DNA from: Eledone cirrhosa
Taxonomy: Eukaryota
Assembly (NCBI GenBank): GCA_964016885.1
Contig: OZ024740.1
Span: 352,160,001 to 352,224,000, forward strand
DNA length: 64,000 nucleotides
Reading direction: 5' to 3'
The position numbers and the translations under genes are program-made. The notes under the pieces were generated by a model. It was not told where the DNA came from and searched no databases. It saw nothing but the letters and a program-made list of their open reading frames with translations. Numbering within the stretch: position 1 is the stretch's first letter; each line of letters starts with the position of its first letter. Below, in pieces: positions 53,611-64,000 of this stretch.

Positions 53611-53964
53611 ATGATGGCTGCCCCCTCGTTATCCAGTATGGCCATTGCACGGCATAACATTATTAATAATTATTAATTAATGCTATCGTGCAATGCCTGA
53701 GCGTGAAGATTTTTTTAAGTGAGGAAAGACTGTGCACTGAGCCAATCCCACTCTCTGAGCGACAGTAGCTATAAACCCGAAAAGAAGAAAAGATCAACAT
53801 CATCAGTAACTACTAAGCCGCCGGTTTTATGTCGGAGTTATCCCAGTTTCCTGAGTTGCCTTCACCTAGAAGAATGCCCAGACAAAGGCCAGGGGTCCTT
53901 CACTCCCAGTGATTTAACCGCGCGATTGGGCACCCAGCCCGATTATTTCTATGTCCCCACGCAC
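53611..53964 (-). mobile_element. Short non-autonomous RTE-derived retroposon, copy C
   Basis: Head similar to copy A (GGACAT.GAAATA..CGCGCGGTTA); shared middle motifs; 3' end TGGCCATACT..CGAG..GCAGCCATCATGTATG; no C2H2 relic. Confidence 0.7.
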
Positions 53965-53995
<31 letters not shown>

Positions 53996-54070
53996 CATAC
54001 ATACATACATACATACATACATACATACATACATACATACATACATACATACATACATGCATGCATGCAT

Positions 54071-56696
54071 GAGTCAACGCGATCAGATGCCGTGTGGCAA
54101 AGAGAATTCCGAAAGAACTATTGCTCCTACACTACAACAAAAACATACGAAATAAGTGAGAGTACTCTTGAGACTGTGATAGGAAAACTCCAAGATAAGA
54201 AAACACCAGGAAGAGATATGATTGTCGGCTACTGGTACAAAAAAACTGATATTCTATCGGAGGTATCTTACTGACCTCTACCAACAAGTTCTTAAGGGAG
54301 ATACACTTATACCAGAATGGTTGACATTAGCACAAACATTACTGGTCCCCAAGAACAAAGACACCCACTTGGCAAAAAACTACCGACCCATTGCATGCCA
54401 GAACCTGATGTATAAGATGTATACAGCCTGCCTGAACCTGTTCCTCCAAGATCACTGTGAAAATAATAACATCATCACAGATGAACAAGCAGCTGGAAAG
54501 AAAGGGGTTTGGGATGTGCTGAACAACTCCTAATCAACAAAACTGCGATGTCAGAGGTGCGACAACTTAGGAGGAATATGACTACAGTATGGCTGGACTA
54601 CAGGAAAGCTTTCGATTCTGTTCCCCACTCTTGGATGATAGAGGCCCTCCAACTTGCTAAAGCCCCAGACATTATTGTCAGAGCCATAGAGAGGCTGTCT
54701 TCTTCTTGGGCTACTATCCTAAGGTTAAAGACAGAGAGGGAGGACTCTATTTTCACTGATAAAATAAAATATTGCAGGGGTATATTTCAGGGGGACAGTC
54801 TCTGTGATATTATTCATCTTGTCATTAAACCCCTTGTCCTTTCTGCTCAAGAAATGTGAGGGATACATCATTGGCTCACAGGAGGACAGAAATACGAACC
54901 TAACCCATAATTTCTTTGTGGACCATCTGAAACTCTATGCCAAGAACATGGATGGGATGAAGAAAAATCTTGACCTGGTTACAACGTTCTCAAAGGATAT
55001 AGGAATGGAGTTTGGCCAAGATAAATGCTCATACATGACTGTAAAGCGGGGGAAAACAACAACCCAATCTAGCAACATTGTCATCAATGGCCTAATTGTT
55101 TCACCGATATCTGATGAGGACTGCTACAGATACCTGGGGATAGATGAGAACATATCCTATAATGGTATCTGTAATAAAGAACGCGTAACCAGGGAATACT
55201 ACACCCGATTAAGAAAGATCTGGTCATCGGAACTCTCTGTGAAAAACAAAACAGTGGCTCACAATGTGTTTGCTGTGCCTGTCTTAACACTGTTTGGATA
55301 CTCAATTGGACGATAGACGAAATCCGAGCAGTTGATGTTGGAACTCGAAAAATACTGAACAACACCGGAAACTTCCACATCAACAGTGTCATAGACCGCC
55401 TTTACTTGAAACATAAGCAGGGAGGCAGAGGCCTAACATCAGTCCAGACAACATTTGAATGTCGCATCATATCTCTCCGACAACATCTACGAACCTCGAA
55501 GCGTAGGAGCCCGTTTCTCGAGCAAGTCTATCTGCATGAAACAGATAAGATTATGAGAGTTGGGAAAGAACTCCTCGAGAGATATTCCCTGTGTGATAAT
55601 CAAAACCTCACACCCAGGGATGTCGCTCAGCAGTATCGCAGTGAATCCATGGATGAAAAACTGCATGCCTATCAGCAAAAAATCATGCATGGATATGTTG
55701 CCAGGAAGCTCCTGAGTGAGAGTAATATAGATAAGGAAAGTAGTCTATCTTGGACCAACAACCGTTATATTGGCTCCTACTTTGAAGGATACGCTTTTGC
55801 AAGCCAGGAACAGGAGATTAACACGAAATACCTGATTCACAAAAGAGATATGGATGCAGGCAAAACACCTAGATGTGATAACAAGTGCAGACTCTGCAGA
55901 ACTAACATCGAGGATATCACCCATGTCATCAGCAGATGTCCAAAGATGTCATCGCGGTACTATCTACATATGAGGCATGATGTAGTGGCCAAAACACTGT
56001 ACAATGCAGTTCGTAAAAAAGATAGCCCCGATAATAAACACATTAAAAGCTACAGCAATGTACATAATATGAAAGAGTACTGGTGGAATGTTCCAGTAAA
56101 AACCCCAATAAAATGCAGGCATAACAGACCAGATATTATGATATGGGACAGGGAGAAGAAAGCATGCACAGTAGTGGAAATTAGCTGCCCAGCAGATGCC
56201 AATATAATATCAAAGATTAGTGAAAAGGAGAATATTTATGCAGAACTGATGAGAAATCTGCAGATACTCCACCCTGATTACACCTTCAGATTTATGCCTG
56301 TGATTATTGGGGCACTGGGATATGTTAGTAACTGCCTCAATACAAATCTTGAGAAGCTAGGCTTCACAGGAACAGAAAGAACACAACTAGTTAGGAAATT
56401 ACAAGTACAATCCATTAATGGAACAGTAAAAATATGTAAAACATTCCAAAGATTTTGCATCTAATAACTGCATATACACATGTACAGATGCAAAGCATAT
56501 ACACATGCAGACATACAACTCAAAACATACACATCCACACATACAATAACATCCATATCTACACATGCATGCATACATATCTACCTAGTTGATGTTGTGT
56601 AAATTCCAATGAGAGAGTCTTGTGTCTATGTTAGAAACCGACTCTCTCTCTATTGGTAAAACTTTGTGAAATTATAAAACCAGAACATACATATAT
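54071..56696 (+). mobile_element. 5'-truncated R4/Dong-clade non-LTR retrotransposon (RT, CCHC, restriction-like endonuclease), inactive
   Basis: PGRD, NYRPIAC, WLDYRKAFDSVPHSW, GIFQGDSL, FVDH (normally DD), YRYLG, GGRGL, CRLC..H...C, RHD, RPD..D..E..K..Y; about 4 frameshifts; (CATA)n on both flanks. Confidence 0.92.
55406..56464 (+). pseudogene. Intact C-terminal frame of the R4/Dong ORF (zinc knuckle plus PD-(D/E)xK endonuclease)
   Basis: 352-aa open frame with CRLCRTNIEDITHVISRC, RHD and HNRPDIMIWD..VEISCP..KE..Y. Confidence 0.9.
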
Positions 56697-57733
56697 ACAT
56701 ACATACGTGTGTATATATGTATGACGTTTTAAAAAGATACTCCCACTTTTGTGATTAAACAACTGGTAAGTACAAAAGTAATATCATTTAGAAGAAATAA
56801 TTGTTTCTACTTTTGGCACAAGGCCAGCAAATACTCAGTACATTACTGGTATTTTATTTTATCGACTCCGTAAGGATGAAAGGCAAAGTTAACTTCGGCG
56901 GGATTTGAACTCAGACAGTAAAGAGGCATAACTATGCTAGAAAGCATAGCATTCGACTCTCTACCGATACTGCCAATCCACCGCTGATCTCTCTATTATT
57001 GCCATAATATCAACTGATCTGTCAAATCTGAAGATTCTAAAGATAAGTAACTGTTGATGTAGTGGTGGGGTTACTTTAGGATAAGAAAGAGAGGGGAGGG
57101 TAGGAGCAGTTAGACTGCATGGAAACATAGTGGGGTGTGAAGAAGTTGTAAGAGAAAGACTAGATGTCTGGCTGGATGTGGGGAAGGGGAAGAAGCAAGA
57201 TGAGATAGGCTAGTAGATGGTGATTGAGTGAGAAGGTTGACTAGATGGATGGCTGGATGTGGTGAAAGGGAAAGAGTTAAAGGAAGGGACTATATGATTG
57301 AATGGGTGATTAGGTGAGTGGAACAAGAGGAAATAGAAAACATACACACACCCAATCCATTTTTTTCTTTTTTTTAATTTTAAAAATATTATTCAAATTT
57401 TTTAATAAAATAAAACGGTTGTATATTTAAAAAACAAAAAAAGTAAGAGAAAAAAGGGGGGAAAAACATAGAATAACGAAGGTAAGGGGAGGGGGAAGAA
57501 ACGGCAAACTCTACACCCTTGTTTACGTGGCATGTCTTACGATATATTTCCGTTTTCCAAATTTGATTCACAAGGTTTTGGTCATCTAAAAGTACGTGGT
57601 TGCGAGGCGCCCTTCTTAACCACATAATCACACATGCACCAACATTAAACGATATATATTTGATAGGGTATTTCTGTAATGTATTTTGTTAAGATTTGGA
57701 TGCAATAAGCCCGAACTTCTCCACGACTTTTAT

Positions 57734-57822
57734 GGTTTAGGGTTTGGGTTTAGGGTTAGAGTTTAAAGTTAGGTTTAGAGTTTAGATTTTAGCGGTATGG
57801 TTTAGAGTTTTCGGTTAGGGTT
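57734..57822. repeat. Degenerate TTTAGG/TTAGGG telomere-like tract
   Basis: Seen directly; probably internal to a transposon, as at 43230-43280. Confidence 0.6.
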
Positions 57823-58077
57823 AAACGAAGAAGAAGGGACTGAAATTGTGAAAATTTTCTTTCTTTTCATCCATTAGTGAAGAGGGTTGAACAAGCGAGA
57901 GGCTAGCAACCTCTACTCATAAAAACGTCAAGGGAGAAAGAAGATCTCTACTCTTGTACAACGCGCAATTAAAACCCTCATAATTACTTTAAATGTTTGA
58001 CCTAACAATCAATATTTTAGCAAGAATATGTACAATTGCCGTTCATAAAAGGACATTGAAGATACTTCTTCGTCTAC

Positions 58078-58560
58078 TTATTCCTGGAAGGGTCGTTGTA
58101 GCAGTGTCCTCGGGCACGCCTTCCAGAGGGTCCTATCAGATGCAACCGTCTCTAAATGATCCGGTTTATGGATGTTATCCAACTATCTTGCTCATGGTCT
58201 ACTTCTGAATCTCCGAACCGGTTGGTTTTGCCCGTAAAATCTGTCCAGCGATCCTTTTTTTAGATATTCTAACCACATGTCCTTAATATCGGAGCTGTGA
58301 TCTTTCAATGCTATGCACCCTATCGAGTAACATTACACCAAAGAGGCTTCAGAGAAACACTATTTCGGCAGTTTGTATTTGTGATCGTATTCTTTTGCTC
58401 ATTACCCAAGATTCATGAGGATATGTAAAGGTGGGCACGAACACCGAATTGAAGAAAGTGAGTTTAGCTTTTACACCTACCTCCCTTTTGGTAACCAACT
58501 GTTGAAGCTGTCGCATTATTGCACCAACTCCAGTAATTCTTGCATTTAATTCAGAAGTAA
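58078..58560 (-). pseudogene. RTE (Rex3-like) 3' fragment
   Basis: ORF 58349-58585 carries RTE motifs; paralogue of 43370-43860. Confidence 0.75.
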
Positions 58561-58805
58561 ACGTTAATGAATTATGAAAATACAAACAATATCAAATATA
58601 TCAATACGGCGGCATATGTCTTTACTGTGGGTGGTGGGTATGTCTCTTCGTTGAAATATTTAAAATGAGAAAACCCAGCTGACTTCATACACCGATCTCA
58701 CGAAGTAGTTAAACTGAAATTGAAATTTAATTTCTTTTTAATAGAAACCCTTTTTTTTTGTACTTTTACTAACAAAGAACAGTTAAATGTGTTTTTTGTG
58801 ATGTA

Positions 58806-58964
58806 CCGTATTTCACGGCGCCAAAGACGCGAGGATGCACCCTAATTTTGACAACCCAAAATTTGAAAATAAAATAATGAACATCTTCGGCCTCCAGGAC
58901 GCATGGTAAACTTTTTAGACTTATTTTAGGACAAAAGTAGCGTCTTCGACACCGGGAAATACGG
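58806..58964. mobile_element. Tc1/mariner-superfamily (pogo/Tc2-like) MITE
   Basis: TA|CCGTATTTCACGGCGCCAAAGACGC ... GCGTCTTCGACACCGGGAAATACGG|TA. Confidence 0.85.
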
Positions 58965-59148
58965 TAATTCACTAAGTATACATGCATGAGTGCATGTATG
59001 TGCACGCACGTTTGTGTGCGTATGTATATATAGTTCAAGTAAACAACAAACAGAGATATAAAAAGTCTTATTAGTTTCACGCTTTATATGGAAAAGGGAA
59101 AAGAAAGTTCGGCATATCCGTCTTTAGCTCTTATATATATGTGTGTAC

Positions 59149-59185
<37 letters not shown>

Positions 59186-60736
59186 CTAGGGCGGGTAAAA
59201 TTCCCGAGATCCATGGACGAGTTCTCTCCAGCAGTCTCTGTCCCTCATTATCGCTGCCATGTCCTGCGTCTCCAACAGACCAGTGTCTGTCCTTAGGGCA
59301 TCAACATACGTTAACCTTGCTCTTCCTCTTCCAGTGTGCCCATGTAGGGGCTCCCACAGGAGCACTGAGTGCAATGTCAACTCTGGATGTCGGTGGGCAT
59401 GTCCAGCTAACCTCAGTCTCCTCTGTGTCACTTTTGAGTTGAGTTTTGGGAGGCTCCCATACAACTCTGAGTTTTTCATCCTCAGTGTATACTGATTAAT
59501 GTTCAGCGCCATCCTCAGCATTCTCATGTAGCACCCATCCACCATCTGAGTGAGTTTCTTGGTCAGTGTCCAAGTCTCAGACTCGTACAGCAGCACAGAC
59601 TCCACTACAGCAATGAAGAGGCAGATTTTCAGGTCTTTACGAAGGTCAGACTTCCACACCGATCTCAATCTGTGGCACGCCGCCAAGGCTTTGCTCTTCC
59701 TCTCAACCACATCATCTTCCGTATTCCCAAGATTTGCTCCCAAATATAGGAAGTCCTCAACCAATTCTACCGGCTTCCCGCCTACATTAGTGATCCCCTC
59801 TGGCTTCTCAACATTCTCTACCAGATATTTTGTTTTAGTCTCCTTCATTCTGAGCCCCACGCTCATCGACACAGTCTCAACCTCCTGCATCAAATCCTCT
59901 GCCTCCTTCACTGTATTTGTCACCAAAACTATGTCGTCGGTAAATTCAGCATCCGATATCTTTTCCGCCTTAACTCTCCTGCTCTGAGCCGGTGCTACAG
60001 TAAAGCCAGAGTCCTGGTGTTTCTCCAGTGCAAGGCGCATACAATAGTCCACTACGATGATAAAAAGGTAGGGAGCCAATGTATCTCCCTGGAGCACTCC
60101 AGCCAGTATCTCAAAGAACTCTGTCATCCCATCAGGTGTAATGACTTGGGCTTTGGTGTTGGTGTAGAGCAGTGATATCAGGTCCACTATCTTCTTGGGG
60201 ATTCCATATGCCTGTAAGATCTTCATCAGGCAGTGACGGTCGACAGAATCAAAGGCCTTCCTAAAGTCAATGAAAACCATGACCGCAAGAAGGCACTTTG
60301 CTCTAGCTCCCTCTAATATCCTCCTCAGCATCAGGATGTGACTGGTGGTTGATCTTCCCTCTCTGAAGCCGTTCTGCTTGTCCCTGAGCTTCTTCTCCAT
60401 CTCAGGCTGGATCCTGTTAAGAATCATCCTGTTGAGGGTATTTGCCACAAGTGACGTCAGTGAGATCCCCCTGTAGTTGTTCGTGTTAGAGAGATCTCCC
60501 TTCTTTGGCACTGGGACGATGTTACTGATCCTCCACTGATTCGGGCCAACTCCTTTCTCCAGTGCCTGGTTACAGAACCCCAGGATGATATAATCAAAAT
60601 CACACCTCTTCATCACCTCTGATGCCACTCCATCTTCTCCATGAGCCTTGCCCTCCTTGATCTTCTTCTTGGCTCTCTGAAGCTCCTCTCTGATGAAGGG
60701 CTCTGTCTCAATATCCAGTTCTTCAAAGAGGAAACT

Positions 60737-60738
<2 letters not shown>
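59186..60738 (-). mobile_element. 5'-truncated RTE LINE with uninterrupted reverse-transcriptase frame
   Basis: Frame open from 60736 to the stop at 59186; PVPKKGD..NYRGISL, FIDFRKAFDSV, GVLQGDTLAP, EFTDD, FLYLG, ETWTL; no endonuclease domain; (TA)n on both sides. Confidence 0.93.
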
Positions 60739-60771
<33 letters not shown>

Positions 60772-61004
60772 GTTATATTATATTATGTTATATTATATTA
60801 TATCATATTATTTTATTTATCTTCAGGTGTTGGGACCTGAAGATTAGGTCACCTTTTTGGTCCCTCTTAGAATCTGGAGATATTCTCATTATTGGATTAT
60901 TGGGCCTTGAAACTTGTGTTCCGTGTATGAACTTAAATAATATAATATATCAGCTCTCATCCCTGATTGAGCACTGTTTTCCTTTTTCACACCTACGGAT
61001 ATTT

Positions 61005-61035
<31 letters not shown>

Positions 61036-61044
61036 GGGGGGGGG

Positions 61045-61105
<61 letters not shown>

Positions 61106-61112
61106 GGGGGGA

Positions 61113-61160
<48 letters not shown>
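61005..61160. repeat. Thrice-repeated (AT)n(AG)n compound microsatellite with G runs
   Basis: Seen directly. Confidence 0.85.
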
Positions 61161-61184
<24 letters not shown>

Positions 61185-63763
61185 TTGAAAAGTATAAAAT
61201 TATTCAGAGCTGGTGCAATGGAAACACTAGAAGATAGAAGGAGATAGTCTTCGATGGCAGATGTGACAAAAAAAACAAAACATTACAATATAAACAACCA
61301 CGATTCTGTAATTGGGTATCTAGACGTTAATAATGTGAAAAACATTATAGATGATTTGTTAATGTATTTTACTAATGGCATTAACGCAATAAGAGAAGCC
61401 ATGACAATATAAATTTGAAACTGGGTCGCAGAATTTATTCGCTTAGAAATATTTAACCTCCACCACCCAACAGCAAAGCCAGTGAAGTACATTAACAGAG
61501 ACGGGGTGGCGGACGTCAGAATTTGTTTCTTTGTTTTGTTTTGTTTTGTGTTTTACCATAGAAAATAGAGACAAGTGAAGTAAAGGTTATACGGTCTCTT
61601 CGGAGTCAGACATTGGTTCTTTGAATGTAAACACTAAGCAGCATTGCAGCTGACTCTCTTTTCGTCAAAAGCTCCGAATCAGGACAGTCTTATCTTTTTG
61701 AAAACGGCGTGTGAACATAGATGGTTACTCACAAGAATGTACAATAATATTCCTCTTTCTCTAGATTTTTATCTGATTTGACATTGGGACGAAAACTAAC
61801 CAAAATATATAAGAACAATAAGAATAAAAGAATATAGACAGAAGGAGGGAGAGAGAGAACGAAAACTGTCATATAGATAACGTAAACGAGGAAAAAAACA
61901 GTAAATTCGCTTCTTCGTTTCTAACATCCGATGTATATATTGTCAACAAAGATGCTTTAGATCCCACCAACAGTGTCTTTAATATCAACAAGATATTCGA
62001 ACACAGATTACTAAAATAACATCTATGATGGCGACAAGCATGGAGTCCAAAAAAGATTGTGGTGATCTACATAAGAAAAAACTCAGTTCAATGAGTTTAT
62101 CTGTGTCTTCTCTTGTAAGAAGATTTTCCTTCTCGTCACGTCACACAATCTCATTCTTATTTTGTGAAGATTTATAAGAGAATTGAACAATTACAAAAGA
62201 TTTTAACAAATGTTCCCAGAATAAAAGTTAAAATGAACTGGTAAAAAATATTCTCTATGTTCCAAAGCAATTTTTTTTGTTTTTGTTTTTTTGTTTCTGT
62301 TTGTATATATTTTGTTTGATGCGTGTATGTTTAAAAGACCGTAAATACACAAGATAAAAGAAAGGGTGAAACCATGACTTTCCACAAAGTTGTTTTGTTA
62401 AGAATACATGGTAAAATAAACACTAGAGTTGTTGTTGCTATTGTAGAACTGTTAGATCAGACCTATGATCAATGGCGTTCCAGCCGTGACCCCCGTCTTT
62501 TAAATGGTACATGGGACCACATTAATACAATGTGGGCTTTTTGTTTTCTTATTTAAAACGTTATGCCGAAATTTGCAGTCGAGCGATCACGTTGAGACTG
62601 ACTCGTATCGGCGTTGTTCTTGTTTAGACCTAGGTCAGCCCTGATCAATCAGAACTATGATCAAAGGCATTCTGGCCATGACCATCTTGTCTTTCGTGGC
62701 TATTTAGGACTACATTATTGAATCCGCCCTTTCCTTATTTAAGATGGTTTGAAGGAGATTTGATGGCTAATTTTAACAAGTAGAGCAGCCATGTGGAAAC
62801 TCCCTCGTTGTCTGTTGTTATTGGTCTAATTATTAAAGCTAATATAGTATTACAGCACCAAAGAAGAAATGAGCCGAGTTCGGTATGAGACAGTAATACA
62901 ATTTGCCCTTAAGAACCAATGAAGAACTTCAACCCAGCCGTACGACATGCTACATATAGCAGTTAGACATCCCTCGATTTACATCATGTCTCACAAAAAA
63001 AATCATATTTGATAATATCAGACCTGTTAACCACTAAAAACCCTAACGGAGAATATCATGAGAAAAAGTACCCAAAACGGGGAGAAATGAGGCAAAATGG
63101 GTAGATTTTACATAATGAAAGCTATACCCATTTTCACAAGAGCAGGCATCTCTCACCCACCCCAAAATGGCTGGGTGATCTTCCCGTCGGACGGAGAGAG
63201 TTGACATGTCTGTAATATAATCCAGTTTGAATAGAAAAAAAGTGATGGTCACGTTATAGGTCTGCTTGATCAGGATTTGCTTGGAGACAGACATCGAGAA
63301 TAAGTTTTCTTTCAACTCCAATATTTCACTAAGATATTGTTCACAAATGCTTGCAATTAAAAAAAAATAAGTTAGCGACAAGAAAAGGCGGTGCATCGAG
63401 TAGATTGAGACGAGATGGGAATACACAACTTTTAGTTTGATACCATAACCGTTGTACAGTAGCAACGGTTGAAAAGTGATGGGGTTTTTATTGTGGCTGT
63501 TGTTCTTGTTGTTTATTTTGTTGTTATTGTTGTTGTTGTTGTTGTTGTTTTCACACCTGATACGCTGCTAAAGTTCTTAGAAAATGTATTAACGCCACAA
63601 CAATACGTTTCCTCTTGTGTGCTGTTGTTGTTTAGCCACAGTTCAGCTCTGAACGAACAGACTTTTTTTATATATCTTCAGACTACATTATCCCATGTGT
63701 ATTTCGTTTTCATGAAATGAGAGAGATTTGGCTGCTAATTCTAGCAATAGCGACCGTATAGAG

Positions 63764-64000
63764 CAGTGGTTCTTAACCTGGGGTGCCGGCACCCCCAAGG
63801 GGTGCAAGATTCAGTTATTGGTGGTGCGAGGAGAGGACAAGTCCAGAAAAACAACTGTATTTTTTTTCATTTTACTTCACATCATTCAGTGTTTTGATTG
63901 AATATTTTCTATTATTTAAAAGATAATTGTATTTATTAATCATAGTAGTTAATTAATTAAATAGTAGCAGCTAAGTAACTGATAATTTGACCTGAAAATT
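63764..64000. mobile_element. Left end of a hAT-like element
   Basis: CAGTGGTTCTTAACCTGGGG Charlie-type terminus; the other end is not in the window. Confidence 0.5.

Noticed and set aside
57734-57822. Interstitial telomere or chromosome-fusion scar
   Set aside because: Short and degenerate; similar tracts occur inside MITEs, as at 43230.
61290-62100. Possible ancient RTE endonuclease relic
   Set aside because: Only vague motif echoes; needs a profile search.

Overview
AT-rich, repeat-dominated eukaryotic DNA with no host gene that I can support. The SINE, MITE and microsatellite families look like those of an octopod cephalopod (inference). Most long ORFs in the track are microsatellite or tandem-repeat artefacts. 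The only protein-coding signals are transposon-derived: a decayed mariner (33.0-34.3 kb) plus a MITE derived from it (48.9 kb), CRE-clade relics (20 kb, 44-47 kb), several RTE relics including an uninterrupted RT ORF (59.2-60.7 kb), a CR1 3' end, and a 5'-truncated R4/Dong element (54.1-56.7 kb). There is also a 2.1-kb non-coding LTR element (44.2-46.3 kb) with an ACAT target duplication. The most interesting observations are: (1) a head-to-tail chain of retroelements at 50.6-56.7 kb, mostly joined by (TACA)n tracts, including four short non-autonomous elements built from an RTE-like leader, usually a C2H2 relic, a 3' hairpin and a (TATG)n tail; (2) a tRNA-Trp primer-binding site extended to 32 nt with a mismatch at the m1A58 position; (3) a SINE with a twin-priming inversion; (4) a 78-bp array with 5-unit higher-order structure; (5) an apparent CpG-decay boundary near 39-40 kb. 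All coordinates and alignments were made by eye; edges of degenerate repeats are approximate.
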